A stretch of DNA of 64,000 nucleotides from NCBI GenBank assembly GCA_951406725.2, contig OX597814.1:96968001-97032000 (forward strand), written 5' to 3'. Shown here piece after piece: positions 41,968-56,025 of this stretch (position 1 is the stretch's first letter; each line of letters begins with the position of its first letter). The translations under genes and the position numbers were made by a program. The notes under the pieces were generated by a model. It made no database searches, had not been told where the DNA came from, and worked only from the letters and a program-made list of their open reading frames with translations. Source of the DNA: Octopus vulgaris. Its lineage: Eukaryota.

Positions 41968-42277
41968 CTACACAAAAAAGTAGCAACAAATTAAAACATA
42001 ACAGAATTCATTCGATCTAATTTTTAAAATGTTACATTATTACATATAAAATAATATTACATCTATTTTCTCACTGTTTTATGAGTCCCTTGGAAAAGGA
42101 AAAGGCTAGGAGAGTCAGCCTTGACAGCAAATCAAGGAGTGGGGTCCCGCAGGCAGCTCAGAGCCCTCTTTGATACCCTGCTAGCAACTCCAGGGTAGAT
42201 GACCCTCTTGAGCCCTCTAAGCAATTCACCAATCCAATGTAAAAACCTATAGCTTGCTGGTCACTGCAGCCATCTTA

Positions 42278-42443
42278 GCCCACTGAACCACTGTGGTCAG
42301 ACCTCCACTCACTGAGCCACTGGGGTTAGACCTCCCACCTACTGAGCCACTGTGGTCAGCCCCCCCCCCACTGAGGTCAGACCTCCCTTACTGAGCCACC
42401 GTGGCCAGACTTCCACCCACTGAGCCACTGAGGTCAGACTGCC
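42278..42443. repeat. GC-rich ~29-bp minisatellite
   Basis: about 6 imperfect units of CACTGAGCCACTGTGGTCAGACCTCC(C/A)n. Confidence 0.8.
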
Positions 42444-43910
42444 AAGTCTAAAGAGTGAGATCACATTATGCAAACTGACTCACAAACTACCTAGCACAAG
42501 TAGGAGGAAAAGTCCTGAAGTGTCAAGGATTGGTTTACATAGCCACTTCTGCTGCTTTTCCGCATGATCTGCAGACACAAAGAAACTGCTGTTATTATAT
42601 CTACTTTAACCATTTCCCATTTAGACCAAGCATATCTGACTCAAATAATCTGTCTGTTTTCTATTCAAACTAGCCATGTCAAACTTCCCAAAGGTACCCT
42701 ACAATGTCATTGTAAAATTAAACAATCACATCACTGAAATCTCAAAGCTACAAGATAATGCATGGTTAATGCAAAACAATGTGTCTTTATGTCTTCATAA
42801 AAACTATATATTTGAATATCTTCATGAAATTTTACAGAAAAATTCATTCTTATTAAAAGCTGTTATTCTGGTTTTTGAGATAACAATGTATTTATATTAA
42901 CTTTGCAGTCTAAGCATCGAGGCTAATGACAACAGTAAGCTAAAACGAGAAATGAATATGGAAATATATGTTTAAACAGTCCTATTAAATAGTACTAAAG
43001 CTCCAATTGCTACAGACATAAAATTTATAGACAGATGTCATAAACTGAATTTTCAAACAGACAGGAATTTATTTATCAATTAAGATAGAACATAAGATAG
43101 TTACAAAAATTAGGCACATAGTTCAAAGATTACAATCAAATTTACATTAGTTTTACAGACTAAGGTTTCGAGTTAATGATGACTGTTTGCTAAAATTATA
43201 AAAATTTTCAAATATTTCTTTCAATGGAAGCATGTGTTGAAACAGTCCTTTCAAAATTGTACCTAAGGCCCCAGATCCATAGAAATGAATCATCATCATT
43301 ATTGTCATCATCGTTTTATGTCTGCTTTTCATGCTAGCATGGGTTGGATGAGTCAGAAGACAACATCTCAGTGAGATGTTTAATGTTTTCGGCTTGATTT
43401 CTAAGGCAAGATGCCTTTCAAAACACCACCACTCTACAGAGTGTACTGGGTGCATTTTATCATGACAATAAAATTCATACTCAGAAATATTCAAATTTTT
43501 TTTTTTCTCTAGTTTCAGTTCAGAGCTGCGGCCATGCTGATGCACTGCCGTTTTGGTGAAAGCGTACAGCAGGGATCGCCACCCCCTGCCGGAGCATCGT
43601 GGAGCTTTTTAGGTGTTTTCGCTCTATAAACACTCACAACGCCCGGCCTGGGAATCAAAACCGCGATCCTACGACTCCACTGCCCTAACCACTGGGCCAT
43701 TGCGCCTCCACACATTTCTATTCACTAAATTTAAGATATTGAATAAATATTTTAAAGCATTTAATTCATATTTAATAAACAATTCAAAACACAGTGAAAA
43801 TATCATGCATTGTTTTTATTAGTATACAATAATAAAATTAATTGTCTGAGAAAAAGAGAGTATAGCTATGTCAATAATGTCAATAAATTATAGATGAAAA
43901 GATAAATTAC

Positions 43911-44075
43911 CTGAAAACGTCTGTGGAATTCACAGAACTTCTGAAGAAGGTGTGCATAGTAAGGATTGTACTCTTTTTCTTGAATGCAACAGTCAACAAT
44001 AACATGAATTATATCCCTTTCTTGTACTGGTTTTAGTTTGAGTTTAAGAAGTCTTTCAAAGGCATCAACAAAATC
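43911..44075 (-). CDS. NOM1: NOM1 internal exon (MA3 domain)
   Basis: cttcag|GAT...CAG|gtaatt; 165 nt; DFVDAFERLLKLKLKPVQERDIIHVIVDCCIQEKEYNPYYAHLLQKFCEFHRRFQ, translated by hand. Confidence 0.95.
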
Positions 44076-44308
44076 CTGAAGTCAAATAAACTGAATGGTT
44101 GAGCTTGCTGGATAATTAAGAACACAGCATGCAACAATTTTAATGCAACTAAAAGTTATGCTAATGAATAAAACATTGGTGTAATATCTTTCTCATCTAG
44201 ATTCAGTATTACAAACAGTAGCAGAAGGACTTCCAGACCGACATTTCCAGCTAAGTAATTGTCATCTCATTTTTATGATCTGAAGCCATTATTTTCTACA
44301 GGTTCTTC

Positions 44309-44540
44309 TTATTTCTTTACTGTCCACAAGGGGCTACACACAGAGGGGACAAACAAGGACAGACAAATGGATTAAGTCGATTATATCAACCCCAGTGTGT
44401 AATTGGTACTTTTTTAATCAATGCCGAAAGGATGAAAGGCAAAGTCAACCTTGGCGGGATTTGAGCTCAGAATTTAGCGGCAGATAAAATACCGCAAAGC
44501 ATTTCACCCGGTGTGCCAACGTTTCTGCCAGCTCACCGCC
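44309..44540 (-). mobile_element. SINE with 14-bp TSD
   Basis: TTCTACAGGTTCTT on both sides; the family also occurs at 51396-51608 (17-bp TSD AGAACTAATAGAATATT) and ~47760-47967. Confidence 0.75.
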
Positions 44541-44789
44541 TTCTACAGGTTCTTTCTGTCCTAGGTGTTCTTTTTATAACCAACATACATTATCGTGATA
44601 TGTAAAGAATATTAGAATCTGCAAAGAGAATTACTTATGTCACAATTATGTTTTATCTTTAAAGTGTGTTGTTAACATTTTTACTTTTACACTAGGTTTC
44701 GATTTGTCCAATTTTTGATTTTCATTATCAAGTGTTTTAGACAGTTTCTTCCTCAAATTTGTCAATATCAACCTCAATCTCATCAATTT

Positions 44790-46990
44790 CAACCCCAAAT
44801 TCATCACCATCAGCCTCAATTTCATTATCTTCTATCTTGATCATACTGACATTTACGTTGACTTCATTTGTCATTAACTTAAATGTTGTCATTGTAAGAT
44901 GGAGTGATTTTTTTTCAGGAACAGACATTGGCATCAGTGATTACTTGTCACAAAATTGTAAAAGAATCCTCCTCCTTTCATCATCATTTAACATCTGCTC
45001 TCCATGCTGGTATAACGGTGAGTTTCCACTTTTATAAGGGTGTTTTATCTAGTTTATAACGGGCTGAGATTATCTTATTTATATGGTTTCAACTTGGAAT
45101 AGTTAATAAATATATTTTATTTCTTGCATAGGAATCTATGGTGATAAACCCATCACTTAAAACTTAATTATAAGTATTACCACTATACATAAATCTTAAC
45201 TCAGGCTGCATAAACGCTGTGATGAATTATATACACCAAGATGCTGAAATGTACATGCATGTTGAAGATAAATAAGTTTGTGTTCTTTTTCACTGCTATA
45301 ATAACAGTTTCATAGTTGCAGAAATAAATTTCATTAACAGGTTGAAGTAAATAAAGAATGAGAAACTATTTACTAAATTAGTTTATTTACTTTCACTTAA
45401 TATTTACAGTACATTTATAAGTCAAAAGAAAACTGTTGTAGAGGATTACGACATGAAATTCATATTAACTAATCTTCCATACTAAGCTACTAGAATTTTA
45501 CACAACAATTCAAAAAAGTCTTGTTGGAATTAGATATAGACATGACATAAAAATAGCCAATATCTCAAAGGAGTGAGTGTCATGGAAATGAGTGACAACC
45601 AACGAACACTGGTGTGAGTGTTGTGGAGTCTAGTGACAACCAACAATCACTAATTAATCTCCCAAAAATCAGAGTTTTTAGAACTGCTCATGCCTGAATT
45701 CTAAGAACCGTATTTCGTGAAAGATTTCTCTTTGACAAAATTTTAGAATTCAAATATGGGCAGTAATTTTAACCAATGGGAAACTAACAATTATACTTGT
45801 TCAGGCAAACATGACCATTATGTAATATTACTGCCATTTATGACTTGTGTCACTACACTGGCATGGGTTGGATGGTTTGACAAGAGTTGGACAGCTGGGG
45901 AACTGTCCAGACTCCATTTGTCTGTTTTGGCATGGTTTCTACAGTTAGATACCCTTCCTAATACCAATATTAAAAAGTTTGTAAAATAAAAATTGTCACA
46001 CCTTACACTGTCATGTATATAAATACATTTAGTACATTATATGTATGTAATGATACATACTGCACTTTATTGCATACACAACACAACAAAGGCGAAAATA
46101 AATAAATAACAAGTTCAACCTTTATTTTAATATTCCCATTTCTTTAACTCTCTTGAATTCAGCACAATTAATGTCTTTGAGTTGGAATTATAAGAAGGAC
46201 ATCCACCCACAGAAGCCCTGCAAAAATGACATTGGAGCTCAATGCAGCCCTGTAGCTCTCTGTCAAACCATCATACTTACGTCAGCATAGAAAGCGAACA
46301 TTAGATGATAATGGTAATGATGATGAATCAAAGTCAGCCTGGTGTCAATCAATATGTCAATTCGTGCATGTAAATATGTCTATTGATTGACACCAGGCTA
46401 ACTTTGATTACCTAAGATGATTGTGCAAGTTTTTTTAGGTATATATTAAGAGAGTTAAGAAATGGGAATACTGAATAAAAGGTTAAACTGATGTTATTTA
46501 GTTTTGCCTTTGTTGTGTTGCATATTTAATAAAGTGCAGTACGTAGCATTATGTACATATAAAGCACTGAATGTATTTATATACATGACAATTGGAGGTG
46601 TGACAATTTTTATAACACAAACTTTTTAATATTGGCATTAGGAAGGGCATCTAGCTGTAGAAACCATGCCAAAACAGACAAATGGAGTCCAGGCAGCTCC
46701 CCAGCTGTCCAACTTCTGTCAAACCGTCCAATGGAGAGCAGATGTTAAATTATGATAATTAATGATGATAATGATGATGATGATGACAATGATGATGGGG
46801 AGGATTCTTTTACAATTTTATGACAAGTAATCACTGATGTCAATGTCTGTTCTTGAAAAAAAGAAATCACTTCATCTTACCACAACAACATTTAAGTTGA
46901 TAATGATAAACGTGGGACACATGACAATGTAATCAAAGCTGAAGATGACGAAACTGAGGTTGACATTGATGAATTTGAAGTTGATGTGAG
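44790..46990. repeat. Old intronic inverted duplication (fold-back) centred near 46367
   Basis: 44800-45006 pairs with ~46731-46985, 45868-46154 with ~46447-46730, and 46326-46354 with 46381-46409. Confidence 0.8.
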
Positions 46991-47602
46991 AGTTGACAAT
47001 AGGAAGGACATCCAGCCATAAAAGAAATCTACCTCAATGAATTCTGTATAACCCATGCAAGCATGGAAATTGAGCATTAAGGTGGCAGCAATCCTGATAC
47101 ATGGTGTCAATAAGCAGGAGAAAAAATACTTTATTTTGGCTGATCCAATTACCTGTTACACTAGAGTTATGGAGTGGAATTTGGAGGAAAGAAACTGTAC
47201 AAAAGTCTATTATATCTATTCACTAACATGTATGTATCATCATTGTTGTAACATCTGCTTTTCCAAGTGCATATAGGCCAGACAAAATTTTTATCACTAA
47301 CCCTCAAAGGACAAAATAAACTGGATCCATTTAATTCTATCCAATTAAGGAAATACATATATGTATATGCGCATAAATATGTAAGACGATTTTTATGTTT
47401 ATACTGTTGTTGTTTATGATGAGTACTCTTTATATCCTATATCTTAACAGCTCAATAAACAGTGATTGATAAAATATGTACCTAATTGAATTAAGTACTG
47501 GACTCAATGACTGATTAAAATCCCTTAAAGTGGTTTCCAAACATAAGTTCAAATCCTGAAAGCAATAAAAGAATTAAGAAGGCTCATAAACATTAGACAA
47601 AC

Positions 47603-47727
47603 CTCACTAGCCATAAGGGTATAGAATATATTTCTTCGGATATCTGTATTCATACGTTGCTTCCTTGACAATTCTAGAAAATTTTTGACTTCTTCACTTC
47701 CTGTTGGAATTGACTCTTCATCAGCTT
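47603..47727 (-). CDS. NOM1: NOM1 internal exon (start of MA3/MI domain)
   Basis: ccctag|AA...GAG|gtttgt; 125 nt, phase 1-0; FLELSRKQRMNTDIRRNIFYTLMASE, translated by hand (not in ORF track). Confidence 0.93.
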
Positions 47728-49001
47728 CTAGGGAGATATAAGAGAGAAAAAATGTTTTAATAGTGGTTTCAAATTTTGGGTCAAGGCCAACAATTTTAGG
47801 AGTAAGTCAATTGACCCCAGTATTCAACTGGTACTTATTTTATTGACCCTGAAAGGATGAAAGGCAAAGTAGACCTAAGCAGAACTTGAACTCAGAATGT
47901 AAGGATGAATGAAATGCCACTAAGCATTTTGCATGACACATAACAATTCTGCCAGATCACTGCCTTAAGATGTTTTAGTATTTCAAGCTATTATCCTTCT
48001 GTTTCAGATTAACAGGCAATTTACTTTTATTACATTAATCCTTTTGCTACCGACCTGCCTGAGACTATGGTATAGATTCCCAGATTTAAAGTGATTTAAA
48101 TGATAACTCCACCTTAAAATTTCATGCTAATTTATATTCCAAATATCAGGTTAAAAATGACAAACTTATTTTACTATATTCTTCATTAGTTCTGAAACTA
48201 ATTGAAAGAAAAACAGTGCATTTCAACAGAAATATAAGAAATATAACAACTTCAAACATTGGTTTCTTTCTGACAAAGTCCAAAGATTATGTATTTTAGG
48301 GAAATTAAGCATGATTCAGATGTATTAATATATGATTTTTTCCAAAGGCATTAATGGCCTTAAATGAAACAAAATGATTTCAATTTGGAAGTGAATTGCA
48401 TTGTGGTCTCAGCTGAGAGCTTAACATCAATCTTACCACAAAAGTTTGTAAATATTGAAACTATAGTTTGTACATTTAAAAAAAACTATGTTCTACAGTA
48501 AAAAATTCATCATTATCATGGCTATTATCATCATCATATAGCATTTACTTTTCCATGCTGGCATGGATTAAATGAAATTATGTGAGGCAGATTTTCTAGT
48601 CAGCTATCCTCCCTGTCACCAAACATTACTTTTCCAAGCAAAGTATTATTTTCCCATAACTAGACATGTTTTTCACAGAAGACTAGAAAAGAACAACCTA
48701 ACTTATGCTGCTCAATGATGAGCAATGATGCTCATTTACAACCATCATGTGATTTCCTAACAGGGGTACATACACACACAGACACATTCAAACGATTCTT
48801 TCAGTTTCCATCAACCACATCTACTCACAAGGCTTTTGTTGGTCCCAAACTATAGTAGAAGACACATGCCCAAAGTACTATGCAGTGGGATTTTTTGTTT
48901 GTTCCTTCTCGAGCCATGCCTGGTTCATAAAGGCCGGTTTCCTGGTTTCAATGGTGTATAGGTTCCCCACCTGGACGGGACGCCGGTTCGTCGCAGGTGA
49001 G

Positions 49002-51072
49002 CTGCATGATGCAGGAGGAGAGAAAGTTGTGGCAAAAGAGTCAGCAGAAGTTCGTCATTACCTTCTTCTGGAACCACGTGGAGCTTAGGTGTTTCGCTCA
49101 TAAACACACACATCGCCTGACTTGAGATTCGAACCCGCGATCCCTCGATCGCGAGTCCACTGCTCTAACCACTAGGCCATGTGCTTCCACATGCAGTGGG
49201 ATCAAACCTAATTCAACATGATTAAGAAGCAAACTTCATTACCTCACTGCTATGCCGGTCCAAAATTTAACCAAATATGTTTGAAAGCTGAGTCAAGAGA
49301 GACAAACAAGTGTATGAAGCTTAATTAGTTTTCTAATAACTGTTGTAACCAAACGATGTAAAACAAACAGAATAGTGAGAGAGGACCAAAACTAATGAAA
49401 AATTGACATCTAAATTTCTTATACTAGTATGTAGCTGTTTGGCGCAAAATAGGTTAAGTGTTAAACAACTGGCTGAAAGTTCAAATTTTTATTGTGTTAC
49501 TAATAGTACTGGTGCACTACTGTGGCAACTGCAAATGCACTTGACCTTAAACAGCCAATGCCTTCCACCTGTTGAATAAAAATATGATTCATTACTGCAA
49601 AGTGAAAATATGCTATATACTCAGGGCTAAGATCTTTGAAAACAAAAAAAAAAAAACAAGTAGAATAAGTTATTACATATAGATGTGGAGAGGGATAGGC
49701 ATATTAGTAAATAAACAATGAGAAGAAAATGATAGTTAAGGTTTTATTAGTAGGCTAAACTTCATAACTAGTTAAGCAGTTATAAGGTCAAGCAGACACT
49801 TATTCACATCAGGTTGAAGCAAACCTCAAAAATCACTAAAACATTATTGCATAGCTTTAACTGCACAATAAAAACATATGTATGTGTGTGAGCACAAAAA
49901 CAAAGCATGAAAGGGACAATGTATTATGTATCTGTATATATACGCGGTCTGATCAATAAGTATAAAGACTGTTGCGATAGTAACAAAGTTAAAGCATGCA
50001 GAGTGAAGCCACTTAGCACAAATTGACCTTGAACTCTGCTGTACATGTGCACTAAGTTTTAATGTTCTAGCTAACTTCTGCTGTTTGCAGCAGTGCTTGG
50101 AAAGAATGTGTGTAGCTGTTATTGACCATGAATCTGCATCAAATTTTGCCAAAAGCTTGGCGATATCTGTTCAGAGGCCTATGCAGAAAGTGTATGGAGA
50201 GGAGTGTATGAGCTGAAAAAATGCCAATAGTGACAAACATTCTGGGAGACCTGCAACCAACAGAACTGAGAAAAACATCACAGATATGCATGCAGCTGTG
50301 AGGGGAAATTGTTGAATCAGCATCTGTGAGTTATTACAGAATGTGCAGATTAATTACAGTTCAGTCCATTATCACTGAAGGTTTGGGTATGAGACTTGTG
50401 TCTGCCAAATTTGTGCCAAAACTGCTTTCAATTGATAATGCACCTACCCATTCAGTGCAGCTTGTGCAGCAGTTTCTGGTTAGGCACAGCATTCCCCAGG
50501 TCCAACAGACACTGTATTTTGCAGATCTTGCCCTTCTGACTTTTTCCTCTTTCCAAAAATCAAACCCTGTTTGAAAGGGAGATTTCATGACTTGAAGGAA
50601 ATCAAAGTGAATGCGATGAGGCAGCTGCTGATCATCCCAGAAAACAAATTCCTGGAATGCTTCCATCAATAGAAACAACACTGGATTAAGTGTGTGGCTT
50701 CTGAAGAGGACTACTTTGAAGGAGATTAAATGCCAAACTGATACGTATTGTAGTTTTGCTTTTATAAGACCAGTCCAGATACTTATTGATTAAGTCTTGT
50801 ATCTATATACACACATACATACATACATACATAGATAATGTCATAAAAATGGACAAATTGATTATCTGGTATTGCTACAATAGTTTCATTATGAGTCTTT
50901 ATTGTGACATAAACATGGTATAGTCAGGTATGCAGTATGCACAACATCCATACGATTATGTCATATGTTACCTAAGTCTCAACTCATCAGGCTTATCAAA
51001 TAAACAACTGACCAATGACATGTTGTTTAAGTAACAGAACATCATCATTATCATCACCATCATTTAATATCT
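49002..51072 (+). repeat. Copy 1 of ~2.1-kb direct segmental duplication
   Basis: colinear with 57725-59816, including SINE, unique sequence and mariner. Confidence 0.92.
49943..50799 (+). mobile_element. Internally deleted mariner element
   Basis: TA TSD; ~29-bp TIRs (CGCGGTCTGATCAATAAGTA.. / ..TACTTATTGATTAAGTCTTG); LGMRLVSAKFVPKLL, DNAPTH, Y.ADLA, WIKCVASEEDYFEGD*. Confidence 0.85.
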
Positions 51073-52886
51073 ATCTGGCATGGGTACCAAGGGAAATTTG
51101 TAATCAGAACAACTAAGATTTAAGAAATGTAAAATGGCTATGACTACAATCTCTCAATCATAAGGTTGTCAATTAAAAAATGGTTACAAACAATTCTATT
51201 CTAAAGAGGACAATAAATTTAGTAATTTCATTCACAAAGACTGGTAAATAGCAGGTGCCAAACCATTTACTGCGTTATATTATTTATTACATTAAGGAGT
51301 GACATTGTTAATAAATTCCTGTATTACTTATTCATTTATGTAATTCATCTTGAATAAAGTGCTTCAATTAATTATTGCAGAACTAATAGAATATTGACTT
51401 CAAATTTTGACACAAGGACAGCAATTTCAGGGAGGGGGTACGTCAACTGCATTGACCCCAGTACTCAACTGGTACTTATTTTATCAATCCCAAAAGGATG
51501 AAAGGCAAAGTCAACCTTGGCGCAATTTGAACTCAGAACCTGAAGACGGACGAAATGCCTCTAAGCATTTCGCCCAACATGCTAACAATTCTGCCAGCTC
51601 GCTGCCTTAGAACTAATAGAATATTAGCTTTAATTAGTGGAGATCCAGCTAATTCAGGGAGAATAGCTTAGTAAAACCATAGGTTAGCAAAGGTCTCTGC
51701 TAAATTTCAGAGAAGGGGGAATGAAAAGGAAGTGCCAGTAAACATAACATGTAAATGCTTAACTAGAAACAAAATATGATAGATCAAATAGAGAAAGTGG
51801 TCAACACATTGACAGGAAAACAATACTGGCATTAAGAAATAAATATGCATCCTAAACTGAGGAAAATAGCATAAGCATTAATAGGCACAAGTGTGGCTGT
51901 GTGATAAGAAGCTTGCTTCCTAGCCACATGGCTCTAGGTTCAGTCCCACTGCATGCCACCTTGGACAAGTGTCTTCTACTATAGCCTCAGTGCCACCAAA
52001 GCCCTGTGAGTGGATTTGGTAGACAGAAACTGAAAGAAGCCTGATATGTGTGTGTGTGTGTGTGTGTCTTTGTCCCCCACCACTGTTTGACAACTAGTAT
52101 TGGTGTGTTAATATCCCCATAACTTAGCATAAAAAAAATATTAAGTACTGAGATCAGTTCATTCAACTGAAAATTCAAGGTGGTGCTCCAGTATGGCTGC
52201 AGACTGAAGCAAGTAAAAGATAAAAGATAATAATCACTGTCAACATAAATTTATAAATTTATATTAGTATAGAGATCAGTTATTTAGCTATAAAGAAGTC
52301 ACAAGCTACACATGGTTATTTAACTAGAAACTGTTGCCACTGCTTATAGTTGCATATGGAGTAAAAGACAAGACAAGATGAAATGCCAGAAATAATAGAG
52401 AAAGCAAAACAGAACAGATATTCATGATAAAATAAAATTTCTAAAAAAACCATAAGACTTTATGTTTTTTATCGACCAATATTGTCACAATATTATTATA
52501 AGTAAAGCAGATCTATCAAAAAATCATATAGGTCCAGTAGATAGTTGAATTACTACTATAATAATTTTAAATTATTGTAATAAGAAAATGTTAAAAGAGA
52601 TAAGAATTATAAAGAATTATGAAAGCTATAAATGTTAAATAATGTTAAAAGAATTTACAAGAGTATAACAAATAGTAAAGAAGAATTAATGTCCATAACT
52701 AAGGAGGATGAAGTAAGCATTATAAAGATATCACCTAGGCTAGAAGCAAACTGAATAAAGTCGTTAAATTAAATTATATAAATTATAGATTATATGAAAT
52801 GACAGTCACAGCTATTTGTCATTAGAACTAAGGATAAGTTTAAATATGATCAGTTATATGTATAACAGCCTTAAGACATGCTAGAC

Positions 52887-53135
52887 CAGTTCTACTCAAA
52901 ATGGTGATCCGCAAGTCATCAGCAGCCAGTACATGGCGAGTTTCCAAAAAAGAAAGAAACATAAAATGCTTATGTAATATTGTATTATTTGTTTACAAAA
53001 TAAATAAAGACAAAAAAAATTGTCAACTTTTATTATATTCGTTATATATATTGTTTCCAGTATAAATTAATATTACTAAGAAATATTACCGGTCTCTGGC
53101 ACATTAGAAAAAAAAACTGCCAGTGAGAAGCACTG
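52887..53135. mobile_element. hAT-type MITE
   Basis: TIRs CAGTTCTACTCA / TGAGAAGCACTG; 8-bp TSD TGCTAGAC / TGCTAGGC. Confidence 0.7.
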
Positions 53136-53399
53136 TGCTAGGCTACCTAAATATAATCCATGAATCTTATCACTAGTAATTAGGCTCTATATCATAGGAT
53201 TATAGACACATATCTAGCACTTGGGGAAAACTTTATAGAATCAGTTTAAAGTATAAAAAAGTTCAATGGATAGAATGTGGACATTTGATCCTTAATTTAT
53301 CTGATCTATTAATTATTTGGCCTGCACATTTAAAAATTTCTAGCAATTCCAAACAGCAGAGATTGCAACTACATCTATCACTGACATTAGATGAAAATC

Positions 53400-53760
53400 A
53401 ATGTTTTTGTCCAAGTCCAAACTTTCATGGAGAGTGATGCTTTTGCTTTATCTCTCCTTTGTAATGTATGAAGTTGATGGATATTTTTGATTTAAAAACA
53501 GAAGAAACAGAACCTACACAAGTGAAAGTATGTAGATTAGTTTTAACATTACATTTATATACAATGTCAAGCATTTATTTCCAAGTGGACATTCGAATTT
53601 CTTCTTACAATTACACAATCTAGTTAACATCATGAAGGGAATATTACAGGTTACATAACTGTACACAGCCATAACCAGTAGAATTGTTACATGCACTATC
53701 CACTCCATCAACACTTAGATTACAATAACTTGTGCTGGAGATATAAACATCACTTAGTAG
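53400..53760 (-). pseudogene. Decayed PLE (Naiad-like) Cys-linker/GIY-YIG fragment
   Basis: LCNCKKKFECPLGNKCLT..Y matches the CNCR.K..CPL.G.CL motif of PLE endonuclease linkers. Confidence 0.55.
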
Positions 53761-55529
53761 CCCAAATATTCCAAAGTGATTCTATTTGTTATCATTATTT
53801 ACTATTTCAACAACTGTACTCATTGCCATGACTATTATTACAACTATTCCCATATATTGTTGCTGCTGTTATTATATGAATTGGTGTGTTTATGTCCCTG
53901 TAACTTAGCAGTTTGGCAACAGAGACCGATAGAATATGTAGTAGGCTTACAAAGAATAAGTCCTGGGGTCAATTTGTTCAACTAAAGGAGGTGCTCCAGC
54001 ATGGCTGCAGTCTAATGACAAACAAGTAAAAAGAATATCTATGATGGTTATTACTTGTACTATCATTATAGTTAATATCAGCATTATCTGTATTATTATT
54101 GTAATTATTATCATTATTATTGGTTTCAAATTTTGATACAAAGTCAACAATTTTTGAGGAGAAGTTAAATGAATTACATCAACCCCAATTCTCAACTGGT
54201 ACTTATTTTATCAACTCCAAAAGGATGAAAACTTAAGTCAACAATGGCAGAATTTGAACTCAGAACATAAAGACGGACAAAATGCTGCTAAGCATTTTGC
54301 CCAGCATGCAAACAATTCAGCCAATACTATTGTCATTAGTATTAACATTATTAATGCAACAAGCTAGCAGAATCATTAGCACACTATATGGAATACTTAG
54401 CATTTCATCGATCTTTACATTCTGAGTTCATATTCTGCTGAGGTTAAATTTGCCTTTCATCTTTACAAGGTTAAGTACCACTCAAGCATTCGGGTCAATG
54501 TTATTATCATTATTATTGCTATTATCATTACCATTATCATGATAATTAATTACTATCATTACAATTGGTATTATCCTTATGATGATAGTGGTGGAATTAA
54601 TTGTATGATGATGATGATGTGTGTTTGATGTGTGAAATATACTGCAAAATGACTGAAAATATGCCAAACTTTTTATATATACCTATACATTTTTTAGTGT
54701 AGTTAAAACAAGTTTAACTTTTCAGAGAAGAGAGAAGTAGATTTATTCTATGTATTAAATGCATGAAGATTTGTTTCTTCAGAGTAAATGCTTTTGTATT
54801 ATATAGTTTAACTGAAAATATATTGATATATATAATTAATAAGATAAATTTGACATATATCTAACACAAATGAAAAGGAGACCACAAGAAATAAAAAAGG
54901 GATCACATGTTACTTTGAGTCTTTTATACAGAAAAAGATTTTAGTGTATATATTTTTGTGTGTTGAGGCTAAAAGAGATTTTGTAGTAGAAGTAAACAGT
55001 AGTAAAAAGAGAGTCATATTTAACTGACCAGGATCTGCATTATGCTCATCTTCAGCTTTTCAAAATTTTGGTTAATTTTTCCATATTTAGAACCATGTGA
55101 GGATTAATGAATAAATAGGCAATTAAGCATTGGTAAGAGAAAAGAGGAGATAGGGACTTATAGAGTAAATTTCTATGGGACAATCTGTTGAAGATCACAA
55201 ACCAGACTTGGGCAGACTGGAAAAAGTAGGGAGCAAGGGAAGGAGGGTAGCTACATAATAAGAATAGGTTGCAAGGGCAGAGGTGAAAAGAAAGAAGTTT
55301 GTATATGTTCTCTGGCTTGAGGCTTAGAAACAGAAGTTTCCAGAATTGCAAGAAAATGTAGCAGCATTATTGTAAACTGTTAAAAAGGCAAAGGAAATGT
55401 TCTAGAGAAGGAAAATTACTGAGACATAAACTGTTGGACTAAGTCATCCAAGTTACAAAAGGAGTCATAGCAAAAACTAATTAGGAATAAAATTAGACTA
55501 GATAAGATAATGTTTAGTTTTGTACTATG

Positions 55530-55880
55530 AAGAGATATCACTGACGCCATCTTCCCAATGAGAAAACTGCAGGAGTAAGCCTCTATACAGTGTCCTTTGC
55601 TCTGTTATCTTGTGGATACTAAGGAAGCTAGGAGTAGATGAATAGTTGATGATGGTTGTACAAGCTAGTTACAAAGATGCAGTCAGCAGGTGAAAGCAAA
55701 CAAGGAGTACAGTAATAAATTTAGTATGCAGTTAGGGGTCTATCAGCACAGAGTCCTCATCCCTCTCCTATTTTACAGTCCTTCAAACTATAACACAAGA
55801 ATTGAAGACTGGCTGTCCATGGGAAATCCTATATGCTGATAATTTTATTCTTAAAGCTGAATCTATGAAAGATTTCACAA
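55530..55880 (+). pseudogene. RTE-type LINE RT fragment
   Basis: GVYQ...PLLF...ELKTGCPWEILYADN. Confidence 0.6.
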
Positions 55881-56025
55881 TATGATTCTCCAACCCATCA
55901 GATCCTTGTCAAATCATTCAAACTATTCCAGCTTGTAAAGTAAGAGTAAAATGAAGGTGATGATGATACAGAGACACAAACAAACATATGGTTTACAATA
56001 GGACAAATGTCAAATATATACTCAC

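Noticed and set aside
42278-42443. Possible CRISPR-like array
   Set aside because: Eukaryotic intron, degenerate tandem units without unique spacers, no cas genes.
44737-44934. Acidic D/E-rich ORF
   Set aside because: Low-complexity sequence inside the inverted duplication; no support as an exon.
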